NCBI GenBank assembly: GCA_048887225.1
Contig: JBHLJY010000001.1
Span: 128,001-192,000 of the forward strand
Direction of reading: 5' to 3'
Length of the DNA stretch: 64,000 nt
Source of the DNA: Candidatus Hodarchaeota archaeon
GTDB taxonomy: Archaea; Asgardarchaeota; Lokiarchaeia; Sigyniarchaeales; SOKP01
The notes below the pieces were generated by a model that was given only the letters and a program-made list of their open reading frames with translations, had not been told where the DNA came from and did not search any database. Positions 49,323 to 59,310 of this stretch are shown piece by piece. Positions within the stretch are counted from its first letter, which is position 1. Each line of letters starts with the position of its first letter. The position numbers were made by a program, and so were the translations under genes.

Positions 49323-51041
49323 TTATTTCTTTGTAAATGGTTCGAGATCCAAATCCATGAATATGCCATCATTAGCCTCAAGCGTTCCTAGAAAATGCCA
49401 TTCACCCTTATCAACATGTTGTCCTCTTCCGTATTTTGAAGCCATACCATAGAGTCTATTAAAGTTTTCATAATGCAATGCCACTCTATTTTCTGCATAA
49501 TCTCTTGCTGACCACGTCGTAATTAGAAACTGCCAATCGCTGCTCTCTAGAAGTAAAAGCTCACGTGCCAATTGCTTTAATATTTTCATTAAATGTTCAT
49601 CAGCATTATCTTTATATTTAGCAATGATCTCTTCACTTTTCGCTTCACATTCATATATCTTCTCCCATGTCCAAGTAGTCCATTCATTTAACCAAACCCA
49701 ATGTGAACTTCCTTGCCCCCAGCTTCCTTCTATAATTGAAACCACTTTATTTGGAGGATTTTGTTCGATATAAAGCCTTGTATTTGTCAGATCAATTTCG
49801 GGATCATCTTCAATCCATCGGAGTACCCTTGCTAACCACCAATTTCCTTCAAACCACCAATGACCAAATAATTCGCAATCATATGGTGCAACAATGATTC
49901 CCTTTGTACCGAATTTATCTTTGAATTCCCTTAGAATATCCTTAGTAAGATTAAGATAATGGCTAGCATTCTCGTCCAATTTTCCAGGGACATCCTCAGG
50001 CCAATACAACATTTTTGATCCAAGATCAATTTTAGGACTAGTACATTTCCAATATCTAAGACCACCTGGATAATGTTTTTTATGAAAATCAAGATATTCT
50101 GCGCAACCTGGATAACCATGTTCACCTGACCATACAACAATCCCAGATTTTTCGTCTCTCGTGAAAAATCCAACAGGAGCCTCTGCAGACTGAGTAGACA
50201 CTAAATATACTTCATATGGGGATTTTTCGAAAGAAATAGGAAGCTCTTCATATTGGTCTGCAAATTGCTTCCATAATTCCTTTAATAAAGGAAATCTGGC
50301 AGCGTAAACTCCTTGGGATTTTCCCCCTAATAATAGAGCAGTGTCAATAAAAAAATATTTCAGACCATTTTTGGCGAGAAAATATTCAATCCCAGGCCGA
50401 TCATACTCTTCACCTGCATTTAAAGGATTTTTCCATCTATAACCCGGACGATAAGCACATTCTGGAAGCCATACACCTGTAGGTACCCTTCCGAAATGAT
50501 ACCTATAATTATCAACTGCAGTTTTGAATTGAGCATCGATGGAAGTTTCTTTAGAGAGTAAAGGAGTGTAGGCATGAGTTGCTCCACAAGTAATTATATC
50601 CAATAAATCCTCATCTTGAAGCTTTTTAAAAGCTCCTACAATGTCCCTATTAAATCTATGGATATAATCGTCCTTAATTTGCTCGTAAAATTTCTCCCAC
50701 CATTGCGTTAATTTAATCCTTCCTTCTTCGTATTTGTTATCTGTAAAATCATCATAATCGTGAAGAGCCGCAGAGATTTTTTCATCTAAATAACTGATAA
50801 AATCTTCAATAAAAGTCGGATGTCTTAGCATTTCACATAAAACTGGGGTAAGACCAATTGTCAATTTAGGGTGATAACCCTCGTCGATAAGTTTGTACAA
50901 CTCTTGAAGTAAAGGAATATAAGTCTCTGCGGCGGCTTCGTTAAGCCAAGAAGTACCATGCGGCCATATTCCATGTCCTAACACCCAGGGTAGATGACTG
51001 TGTAAAACAAGACAAAAGCTTCCTAAAGAATTTTCTGTCAT
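49323..51041 (-). CDS. GH57 1,4-alpha-glucan branching enzyme
   Basis: LHSHLPWV, ETYIPL, nucleophile WLPECAY, YDCELFGHWWFEG, ARELLLLESSDW. Confidence 0.95.
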   Translation of the reverse strand: MTENSLGSFCLVLHSHLPWVLGHGIWPHGTSWLNEAAAETYIPLLQELYKLIDEGYHPKLTIGLTPVLCEMLRHPTFIEDFISYLDEKISAALHDYDDFTDNKYEEGRIKLTQWWEKFYEQIKDDYIHRFNRDIVGAFKKLQDEDLLDIITCGATHAYTPLLSKETSIDAQFKTAVDNYRYHFGRVPTGVWLPECAYRPGYRWKNPLNAGEEYDRPGIEYFLAKNGLKYFFIDTALLLGGKSQGVYAARFPLLKELWKQFADQYEELPISFEKSPYEVYLVSTQSAEAPVGFFTRDEKSGIVVWSGEHGYPGCAEYLDFHKKHYPGGLRYWKCTSPKIDLGSKMLYWPEDVPGKLDENASHYLNLTKDILREFKDKFGTKGIIVAPYDCELFGHWWFEGNWWLARVLRWIEDDPEIDLTNTRLYIEQNPPNKVVSIIEGSWGQGSSHWVWLNEWTTWTWEKIYECEAKSEEIIAKYKDNADEHLMKILKQLARELLLLESSDWQFLITTWSARDYAENRVALHYENFNRLYGMASKYGRGQHVDKGEWHFLGTLEANDGIFMDLDLEPFTKK

Positions 51042-51195
51042 TATTAAATACTCTTAAATTTAATTATAAAAATATAAGATTTAATTAATTCAAAATTAGT
51101 TTTTCTATATTAGTTTTTCTATAAAAACAGAAAAAAATATATATGTAAATTAAATATTCTCCAATTGAATTAGAAATTTCAAATATCTGATTTAG

Positions 51196-52578
51196 ATGGT
51201 TAAAAACCTTAAAGAACTGAATAAACACGGAAGGATCATAGGACGAGCTAATTTTGTGTTTACGCCAGAAATAGCAGCATCCATAGGTTGTATTCACGGG
51301 AGTATGGTTAAACAAAACGAATCAATTGTCATGGGAAGGGATTATCATAACGATTCTCGGATGCTTAAGAGAGGATATACCTCGGGTTGCATGAGTACAG
51401 GGGTGAACCTCTTAAATCTTTCAGATTGCACTTTTCCTCTACTTCAGTTCACCATTAGAAGATTCGGTGCCATTGGAGGTGTTTATTTTTCAGGAGGACA
51501 TTTATACAGTGAAGATGTTGGAGTACGATTTGTTGATGCCGGTGGAATAGAATTAACCCAAGTCGAAATAGAAAAAATATTTGATGCATACAATAATTAT
51601 CCAAAAAAAATTCGTAGAGTCGAACCAAATGAAATTGGTCAAATTACCGGAATCCCTCAGACTGAAGAAATTTATATTAAATCATTACAACAATTTGTAC
51701 ATAAGAAAAAAATAAGAGATGCAGATCTAAAGATTGTTGTTGATTGCTCTTATGGGCCTAGTGGAAAAATCACACCTTTATTATTGAATGATATTGGAGT
51801 AGAAGTTATCGCATTGAATACACATTATCGTCAAAGATCGACTAATCCTGTACCCAACATTCATACTATTAGAAACTGCGCAGATATCGTGAAAGCATCC
51901 AATAGTCATCTTGGAGTTTGTTTCGATATCGATGGATCAAGAATTTTAGTGATTGATGAAAGTGGATTAGAAGTGAATTTTGAAGATCTACTAATGTTAT
52001 TCATCTCCTACGATGAACGAATATCAAAATTAAAAGCAAACACGATTATAACGACTCCAACAATCTCCACAACTGCAAAAGATTTTATTAAGGAATCTGG
52101 ATATCCTTTAAAGGAAGTAGAAAATTATCCTGGAGAAATCTCGAATCAAATTAGAGAAGAAAGAGCATGTTTTGCCGCAGCAGATACGTTGAAGTTTTAT
52201 TTTCCTGAATTCGCACCATTTAGCGATGGAAATTTTATTCTTTTAAAACTTCTTGAAATCATGACTATTCAGGACGATTTATTGAGTTCATTAACGAAAG
52301 GTTTTCCTAAAGGTATAAAAGCTAATAAATCAATTACAGTATCTCAAGATATAATTGAAACTTTTCACAACAAATTAAGAATAATTGTTGAAGAAAACGG
52401 TTTTAAATATCATGACATAATTAATGAGCTTAAAATTATTGATGAAAATAACAGTGTTTTTACTCAAGTGAAAGTCTCTTTATATCGTAATGCGATTTTG
52501 TTATCCGCAGAATCCAACGATGTTAAAGCCGCAAAGAACATGATAAGCGAGCTCGAAGAGATAATTCTTAAATTATAA
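51196..52578 (+). CDS. Alpha-D-phosphohexomutase-fold protein with degenerate active site
   Basis: GRDY...SRMLKR, IVVDCSYG; phosphoserine loop reads FSGGH (canonical TASH); metal loop DIDGSR (canonical DGDxDR). Confidence 0.85.
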   Translation: MVKNLKELNKHGRIIGRANFVFTPEIAASIGCIHGSMVKQNESIVMGRDYHNDSRMLKRGYTSGCMSTGVNLLNLSDCTFPLLQFTIRRFGAIGGVYFSGGHLYSEDVGVRFVDAGGIELTQVEIEKIFDAYNNYPKKIRRVEPNEIGQITGIPQTEEIYIKSLQQFVHKKKIRDADLKIVVDCSYGPSGKITPLLLNDIGVEVIALNTHYRQRSTNPVPNIHTIRNCADIVKASNSHLGVCFDIDGSRILVIDESGLEVNFEDLLMLFISYDERISKLKANTIITTPTISTTAKDFIKESGYPLKEVENYPGEISNQIREERACFAAADTLKFYFPEFAPFSDGNFILLKLLEIMTIQDDLLSSLTKGFPKGIKANKSITVSQDIIETFHNKLRIIVEENGFKYHDIINELKIIDENNSVFTQVKVSLYRNAILLSAESNDVKAAKNMISELEEIILKL

Positions 52579-52710
52579 ATAAAATTTTAAAACGTTTATT
52601 CTTTTTTTTTATAATTTCTTTTTAGAAGAATTAAAAGTTTAAAAATACTTGAAATTTAATAATTATATTAAGAAATTATATTTTAAAATAAAAATTAAGG
52701 TTCATGAATC

Positions 52711-53382
52711 ATGTCTTTAGATGCAACTGGTATTATTATTCTAATATCTTTCTTTATAATATGGGGTGTATTCCTTTGTTGGGATTTTTTTAGAAGAGGC
52801 GAGAAATATGGCTTCTTAGCTTATATTCTGGCAGTGATTCCTCCAAATATTCTTTGGGCTGGCGAATTTAATATTTTAGGTGTATATATTGTCCTCTTTA
52901 GCTTGTGGATTATTGCGCTTTTTCGCGACTTAATATTAGTATATGGTAAAACAAAAGAGTACGACGACCTATTACTCTTCTTAGGTCTTGGAATTTTAGT
53001 ACAAGTCGTTTTAACAGGTATTTTGCCATATATGAATAATAATATGCAAACCAATTGTGTGGCCTTGTGGGTTTTCTGGTTCCCAAATGTGTATAATCCA
53101 AATACAAACGCTATAAATGATTGGGTTAATCTAAATTATCTATTAGGATTTAGAGTAGCAGCAACAGGAATGGTAATTTTAGCAATTTTACCAATGATTT
53201 TAGATTTAAAAAACACCGAGGAACATGTGAATCTTTTAGCAATTATAGTAATAGATTTACTTTTCATATTGCCATTCCTCTGGCTCGCGTATGTGTGGAT
53301 GGGTGGAATCGGTTGGCCATTGACGTTCTTATTTGCAGTCCTTTTATTTATCGTATTATTGCTGTTGACGAGAGAGAGATAA
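52711..53382 (+). CDS. Multi-pass membrane protein, hypothetical
   Basis: About 7 hydrophobic segments. Confidence 0.8.
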   Translation: MSLDATGIIILISFFIIWGVFLCWDFFRRGEKYGFLAYILAVIPPNILWAGEFNILGVYIVLFSLWIIALFRDLILVYGKTKEYDDLLLFLGLGILVQVVLTGILPYMNNNMQTNCVALWVFWFPNVYNPNTNAINDWVNLNYLLGFRVAATGMVILAILPMILDLKNTEEHVNLLAIIVIDLLFILPFLWLAYVWMGGIGWPLTFLFAVLLFIVLLLLTRER

Positions 53383-53505
53383 TTAGAATTATTTTTTTTT
53401 ATATTTTTTTGTTTTGATATTAAATTTTTTATGTTTATTTTTATATATAATTATAGGCTAACGAGTGATAATCTATACTTTAATTTGAAAAATTAAGATT
53501 CTAAA

Positions 53506-54495
53506 ATGGCAAAGAAAAAAGATAAAGACAACGAAGGAAAGGAATTAAATTCTAAGATAATTTATACTTTAAAGGATTTACCAGGAGTGGGAGATGCAAC
53601 CTTAAAAAAATTAAAAGATGCCGGAATTACATCTGTTAGATCACTTGCTATGATTCCGAAACAAACATTAATAGATGATGTTGGTATTGGTGATAAGACA
53701 GCTGAGAAAATTATTAAAATTGCCCAAGAAATTGAGAAAATGGGATTTAAATCTGCCGATCAGATTTGGGAAAAAAGAAAGGGATTGAAGAAATTATCTA
53801 CCGGTAGTCAAAATTTAAACGAATTATTGGCAGGTGGAATTGAGACAGGGGCAGTAACAGAACTTTTTGGTGAATATAGAACAGGTAAAACTCAGCTTGC
53901 TCATCAATTTTGCGTTAATGTACAATTGTTGGAAGAAGAAGGAGGTCTTGAAGGTAATGCGTTATATATTGATACTGAAGGAACTTTTAGACCTGAAAGA
54001 ATAATTCAAATGGCAGAAGCGAAGGATTTAGATCATAACAAAGTATTACAAAATATTACAGTTGGACGAGCGTATAATAGCGACCACCAAATTCTTTTAA
54101 TAAAAGAAGCATCAAAAATCATTGAAGAAAAAAGTATTAAAGTAATAATAGTTGATTCCTTAATTAGTCATTTTCGCAGCGAATATATCGGAAGGGGTAC
54201 ACTTGCCTATAGACAACAAATATTAAATAGCCATATTCACGATTTGTTAAGATTAACTGAAACTTATGACGAATTAGCAATAATTGTAACGAATCAAGTC
54301 TCATCTAGACCAGATATTTTTTATGGAAATCCAATAATTCATACAGGTGGCCATGTCGTTGCCCATGGTGCTACTATAAGAATATTTTTGAGAAAAGGGA
54401 AAGGAGAGCAGAGAGTTGCCAAAGTTGTTGATGCACCCCATTTACCAGAAGAAGATGCTATATTCTCAATAACTAAAGATGGAATAACAGATTAA
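53506..54495 (+). CDS. radA: DNA repair and recombination protein RadA
   Basis: N-terminal HhH LPGVG, Walker A GEYRTGKTQ, YIDTEGTFRPER, RAYNSDHQ, IVDS..SHFRSEY.GRG.LA.RQQ, GGHVVAH. Confidence 0.97.
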   Translation: MAKKKDKDNEGKELNSKIIYTLKDLPGVGDATLKKLKDAGITSVRSLAMIPKQTLIDDVGIGDKTAEKIIKIAQEIEKMGFKSADQIWEKRKGLKKLSTGSQNLNELLAGGIETGAVTELFGEYRTGKTQLAHQFCVNVQLLEEEGGLEGNALYIDTEGTFRPERIIQMAEAKDLDHNKVLQNITVGRAYNSDHQILLIKEASKIIEEKSIKVIIVDSLISHFRSEYIGRGTLAYRQQILNSHIHDLLRLTETYDELAIIVTNQVSSRPDIFYGNPIIHTGGHVVAHGATIRIFLRKGKGEQRVAKVVDAPHLPEEDAIFSITKDGITD

Positions 54496-54522
54496 AATTG
54501 GGATCTATTAAAAAAAGAATTA

Positions 54523-54960
54523 TTAATAATCAAGATTAACATTGACTTCTATACCATCCACAACTGCAGCGGTAACCGTACAATATTTCTCAAACATTTT
54601 TTTACACTCATCTGCCCTCTTGCGAACATCTGGATCATCAATTTTTGGCTTTATCTTAACATTTATTTTCAATACTCTTACAAAACCTTTTTCATTATTT
54701 CCTATCACAACAACTGCTTCTGCCTCTAAATCATCCAATGTGAAATTTCTTTTCTTTAAACAAAAAATAAAACTTGCGGAAAGGCAACCTAATATTGCTT
54801 GGCCTAAAAGATGAGCTGGACTTGGACCTAATTTTTCTGCTTCATTTATATTAGTATCATCAATATAACAATCTTTTACTTTCATTTCTCCCATGTAACA
54901 CTTAAATATCATGTCCTCAACTAAATTTATTTTTACTTTGATTTTAGCTTCTTTCGACAT
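54523..54960 (-). CDS. OsmC family protein
   Basis: GPSP..LL..A..GCLS and KYCTV; SD AGGTGA places the start at ATG 54960. Confidence 0.88.
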   Translation of the reverse strand: MSKEAKIKVKINLVEDMIFKCYMGEMKVKDCYIDDTNINEAEKLGPSPAHLLGQAILGCLSASFIFCLKKRNFTLDDLEAEAVVVIGNNEKGFVRVLKINVKIKPKIDDPDVRKRADECKKMFEKYCTVTAAVVDGIEVNVNLDY

Positions 54961-55019
54961 AAAATTCACCTAAATTTAGATTTAAATTTGAAATAAAAAT
55001 TTCCATAATAATTATAGTA

Positions 55020-55607
55020 TTAAATTGCTTCGATCTTTTTTAAATGATAATGTCGAGACAAGTGAAAATATAATCCTATAAAGTATATTAAGATAATGAG
55101 GATATATTCAAAAGCAAATATGATTATAGAGAACATCATTAATACAAATAGTAGTATTTCAATTGTTAAGCTCGTTTTACTATTGTAATATTTAAAATTA
55201 AAAAAAGCCGCAGGATTCTTATATTCTGCTAAATATTCGGGTAAGTTTTTTTCTTCTTTTCTTATCAAAAATCGGGGACCATATGTTTTTTGTGGAAAAT
55301 AAAAAAAATTTGTTCCCCAATCGAATAAGTCAATAAAAATATGGATAAAATATGAAAATCCACATAATATTAATGCCGGCCAATTAAAAACAATTCCAAA
55401 TATTAAAATAACGATGCTGGGAATAATTGAATGAGAAATTAAGTTTCGATGATTATGGTCTTTAGCATAGTTAGAAAAAAAAACATCCAAATCACAAATA
55501 AATGATGCAAAGACGATAATTATAAACTCAACCAAAGAAAAGTTAAAAATGTAATGAAAACTTGACGCAAATATCACTCCAATTGCGAAGTGGCTATTTA
55601 TATGTAT
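55020..55607 (-). CDS. Membrane-bound metal-dependent hydrolase (YdjM-like), probable ATA start
   Basis: N-terminal SHFAIG, CDLD, HRNLISHS, HIFID motifs; the first His lies upstream of the track GTG start. Confidence 0.8.
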   Translation of the reverse strand: MHINSHFAIGVIFASSFHYIFNFSLVEFIIIVFASFICDLDVFFSNYAKDHNHRNLISHSIIPSIVILIFGIVFNWPALILCGFSYFIHIFIDLFDWGTNFFYFPQKTYGPRFLIRKEEKNLPEYLAEYKNPAAFFNFKYYNSKTSLTIEILLFVLMMFSIIIFAFEYILIILIYFIGLYFHLSRHYHLKKIEAI

Positions 55608-55622
55608 CTAACTACACCTAGT

Positions 55623-56597
55623 TTATGTAATATAGTTTCTATTATTTACGCGTACTAACACGTTTTCTTTTGTTTCAAATCCATAAGGACCTATAGCTTC
55701 TACGTTAAATGAGGCTGCAGAAGATGCTAAATATGCGGCTTTTTCTATGGCTTTCCAACTTTTATCAGATCTAATGAATTCAAATAAAAAAATTGCAAAA
55801 TAAACATCACCCGCTCCTGTCTCATCAACAACACCTGAAGATTGGAAGGCTGGTATTTTTAATATCTCTTTACCTCGTTTTACAATTAACGAACCTGCTT
55901 CTCCTAAAGTCATGATAAATATTCCGTTAAATTCAATATATCTAAAATAGTTCATCGCTTCATAAATATCATCCTTTCCAGACAAAATTTTCATTTCTTC
56001 TTCGGAACCTTTAATTATCAGTCTATCTCCAATTAAATCAATTATTTTTTCCATATTTGAGATAATATTTTCGTCCCTTATTAAAGAAACGTGTCCATTT
56101 TCAATTTTTCGGACGAATCCTTGGAGATCTATTCCGATATAAGCATTTGGAAGGTGTTTTAATATTTCAATAATGTATTCGTATGAAATTTCGTTACATA
56201 ATGGAGCTAAAACAATGACATCTGGAGATTTATTAAGATAATTCTTAGGAATATCCTTAAATTCAAGATTAGGGCTCCTTGACTTAAGTGTTAAGGTTCT
56301 TGAATGATTGAAATAATCTAAAACAAAATTAGTATTATTTGTCTCTGTCCACTTTAATCCTTTTAAATCTATATTCTTATTTTTTACTAAATCTAATAGA
56401 CTTTTATCGAAATTTAAGCTACCTAAATTAGATATAATAGTGATTTTAACATCATTCGTATAAGTTTTTAAAGATAAAGAGCCAAAAGAAACACTTCCCC
56501 CTAGAGTGGGATCGTGTTCTTTTTGAAACCGGATAATAGTGTCAATTGCTAAATGTCCAATAAAAAATATCGAGGGAATTTTTTCTTGATAACCCAT
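55623..56597 (-). CDS. PfkB family carbohydrate kinase
   Basis: GHLAID, LGGS, IDLQG, TLGEAG, DETGAGD. Confidence 0.93.
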   Translation of the reverse strand: MGYQEKIPSIFFIGHLAIDTIIRFQKEHDPTLGGSVSFGSLSLKTYTNDVKITIISNLGSLNFDKSLLDLVKNKNIDLKGLKWTETNNTNFVLDYFNHSRTLTLKSRSPNLEFKDIPKNYLNKSPDVIVLAPLCNEISYEYIIEILKHLPNAYIGIDLQGFVRKIENGHVSLIRDENIISNMEKIIDLIGDRLIIKGSEEEMKILSGKDDIYEAMNYFRYIEFNGIFIMTLGEAGSLIVKRGKEILKIPAFQSSGVVDETGAGDVYFAIFLFEFIRSDKSWKAIEKAAYLASSAASFNVEAIGPYGFETKENVLVRVNNRNYIT

Positions 56598-56601
56598 TTT
56601 A

Positions 56602-57549
56602 TTATCTTATGATTTTATTTTTATCGGACTTTTTTAAATCTTCAATTATCTTATTCTTTTCCTTTAAAGCTAATTTTAACTTATTTATTTTACTTTGTAA
56701 ATCCTCGATTAATCCTGACATTGGACCACTATCTGTTGTTGTTGCTTCAGCTGTTTTAGGAGCTTCTAACTTTCTAATCATATCATCTCTTTCTTTCAAT
56801 TCATCCTCAAGTTCTTTTATTTTAGTATCAGCTGCTTCCGCTTCAAATGCTAAAGTGGCTTCTTTGTCGAGAGATTCCTCTAATTTTGAGATTTTTTTTT
56901 TAAGTAGTTCATTTTCTTTTTTCAAATTCTTAATTATATCGGACTCTCCTGGAGCACCCCCCGTTTCTTGGGCTAATTTAAGTTCTGCGTTCTCTTTTTT
57001 TAATTTCTCTATTAATCTCTTATATCTATTCAAATCAGTTTGGAGGTCTTGAACCAGAATTTCTAATGTTTTTGAACTTGCTGAAGTCGTTTTTAGTTTT
57101 TCTGGTTCTTCAACAGGTATATCATAATCAACACTAAGCTTTTCTTTTGCTCTTGCTAATTGTCTATTTAACGATTCGTTATCTTCAGATAATGATTTAA
57201 TTTCATTCTTCAAATCTAAGAGTTGTGATTTCTTTTTTGATAATTCAGACATTAAATTATCAACCTGGGATTCAAGAGATTTAATAGAGTGTTCTAGTTC
57301 CAAAATATGCTCGTTTTTCTTCTTTAAATCTAGCTTTAAATTATCTTTTTCTCCAACAGTTTTTTTAAGGATTTCCTCTGAGCTACGTACTAAATCGACA
57401 TTTTTATCTATCTTTTCTTTCAATTCTATATTTTGTTTTTCTAATGCTTCTATTTTTTCTAAAGTTTCTGCGATAACCGAAGGTGATTTCGAATCTGATT
57501 TCATTTTCTTCAACTTACTAATAAAATCTTCATTTGACATAAGAATCAA
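56602..57549 (-). CDS. Coiled-coil protein, hypothetical
   Basis: E/K/L heptads throughout; internal similarity LVQDLQTDLNR / LIEDLQSKINK. Confidence 0.8.
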   Translation of the reverse strand: MILMSNEDFISKLKKMKSDSKSPSVIAETLEKIEALEKQNIELKEKIDKNVDLVRSSEEILKKTVGEKDNLKLDLKKKNEHILELEHSIKSLESQVDNLMSELSKKKSQLLDLKNEIKSLSEDNESLNRQLARAKEKLSVDYDIPVEEPEKLKTTSASSKTLEILVQDLQTDLNRYKRLIEKLKKENAELKLAQETGGAPGESDIIKNLKKENELLKKKISKLEESLDKEATLAFEAEAADTKIKELEDELKERDDMIRKLEAPKTAEATTTDSGPMSGLIEDLQSKINKLKLALKEKNKIIEDLKKSDKNKIIR

Positions 57550-57570
57550 TTTATTATCATTTATTGAAAT

Positions 57571-58479
57571 TTATTTTATAATTATACCAGAAAAGTATCC
57601 TACTGAATATTCACAGGGACCAGTACCGCCTCCTTTTTCGTAAGACATATAATATTTTAACGCTTTAGTTTTACATTGATTATTAGTGAGTTTACTACAG
57701 ATTAACATTAACGATGTAATTGTTTGTGGTCCACATACTGAAGTATTTCTGGCCATGTTTAATGTCTTTTCCGGATCAAATTCTAAAAATGCGTCTATTA
57801 CCGCCTGATCCTTTTTGCGCATATCATTTAAATCATTTTTTGGATTAGAAATATTTCTTGGTTGTTTATGTGTCATATCCGAAGATGCAACAATAACAAT
57901 ATCTTTTTCAAAAGATATAATAGCATTTGAAATGTCTGTCGATAAATTATTCATAACATTAAAATTTTTTGTAGAAATTTTTATTGGAACTATTTTTACA
58001 TCTTTTTCTTTAGCACAATATTTAATAAAAGGTAATTGAACTTCAATATTATGCTCTCTACCAAAGGGAAAGCCTAAAAAAGCAGAATCGTCCGAAACAA
58101 TAATATTACTATTTTTTACGATTTCTTTTGATAGCTCTGAATCTATACTTAAATTTCCTAATGGTGTTTCCCATATTCCCTCTTCCATCAATCCAATTTT
58201 TCCATATCCTACATGATCGGTGCCTAATATTATAACTGTATCAGGAATTTTTTCTTTAAACAAATTCAAATAAGTAAATGCCGCTGCACATCCTGAATAT
58301 ATAAAGCCCGCGTGAGGGGATATTCCCCCTATAATAGTTCTTTGTTCTTGATTCAATGTTTTAATTTCTTCACCAGGACCAAAATCTTTATCTAAAAAAG
58401 ATTCATCGAGAATTCTAAGTAAATCTGGTTTAAAGCGAGGATAAAAGCTTCCAGCGACTGCAGCCTTTCTTACTACCAA
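57571..58479 (-). CDS. MEMO1 family protein (AmmeMemoRadiSam protein B)
   Basis: RKAAVAGSFYP, PHAG..YSG, WETPLG, EHNIEVQLPF, ASSDMTH, CG, SVGY; start re-set to TTG 58479. Confidence 0.93.
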   Translation of the reverse strand: MVVRKAAVAGSFYPRFKPDLLRILDESFLDKDFGPGEEIKTLNQEQRTIIGGISPHAGFIYSGCAAAFTYLNLFKEKIPDTVIILGTDHVGYGKIGLMEEGIWETPLGNLSIDSELSKEIVKNSNIIVSDDSAFLGFPFGREHNIEVQLPFIKYCAKEKDVKIVPIKISTKNFNVMNNLSTDISNAIISFEKDIVIVASSDMTHKQPRNISNPKNDLNDMRKKDQAVIDAFLEFDPEKTLNMARNTSVCGPQTITSLMLICSKLTNNQCKTKALKYYMSYEKGGGTGPCEYSVGYFSGIIIK

Positions 58480-58655
58480 TTTTTTTTCACGGTTTATTTT
58501 ATGTATATAATAGAAATAAGATTTTATATTAATTTTTAATTTTTTTTTATAGAGATTAAAGTATCGAATAAAATAAAAAATCATGAATACAATTGAACAG
58601 AACTATTGTCTTAAAGTTAATAATAGAGTTAATAAATCATCTAAAATAATTCTAC

Positions 58656-59261
58656 TTGATGGACGAAAAGGAAGGTATTCAGATATCTTTTGATGATATA
58701 AACGAAGAAGATATACCGGATAAAATTCCAACGAAATTTATTAATTCAAGAGTTATAGTATTTAATCCACTTTATGCATCGTACTTATACGTGAAGAAGA
58801 AGTTTTTTGGCTCTCCTCTGGGAATTAATAAACCACGATTAGAATATTTCTCTAAACCATCAGAGCTATCTCTTATAGAAGCTTATTATTTACTTGAAAA
58901 AGATAAGATAACCATTTTCGATGTTAAAAAGAACAAATACTTAAGCTCTAATGAGTTTTTTAAAATAGGAAAACAAAGACACCATAAGTTTGAAGAAAAA
59001 TACGCGATTTACAAGGATTTAAGAGAAAAAAATTATGTTCCTAGACCAGGATTGAAGTTTGGAGCAGATTTTGTTGTATATAAGAAAGGTCCTGGATTAG
59101 AGCACTCTCCCTTTATAGTTCACGTATTACCTCACGATTCTAAGATAGGTGCTATCGATATGGTGAGGGCGGGTAGATTAGCTACTTCAGTAAGAAAGAA
59201 ATTTGTAATTGCTAATCCACTCACATTAAATTACTATTTTTTTACATGGTTCAAGCCTTAA
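58656..59261 (+). CDS. endA: tRNA-intron endonuclease, catalytic subunit
   Basis: LSLIEAYYL, IYKDLR, GLKFGADFVVY..GP..EHS, RAGRLATSVRKK; Tyr-His-Lys triad present. Confidence 0.93.
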   Translation: MMDEKEGIQISFDDINEEDIPDKIPTKFINSRVIVFNPLYASYLYVKKKFFGSPLGINKPRLEYFSKPSELSLIEAYYLLEKDKITIFDVKKNKYLSSNEFFKIGKQRHHKFEEKYAIYKDLREKNYVPRPGLKFGADFVVYKKGPGLEHSPFIVHVLPHDSKIGAIDMVRAGRLATSVRKKFVIANPLTLNYYFFTWFKP

Positions 59262-59310
59262 AGCCTTTTATTTAGTAGAAGTTAATATCTTTAAATTCTG
59301 AAGGTTATTA

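Noticed and set aside
58480-58584. Track N-terminal extension of MEMO1
   Set aside because: F/Y/K/I-rich translation of AT-rich promoter DNA; family homology begins at VVRKAAVAG
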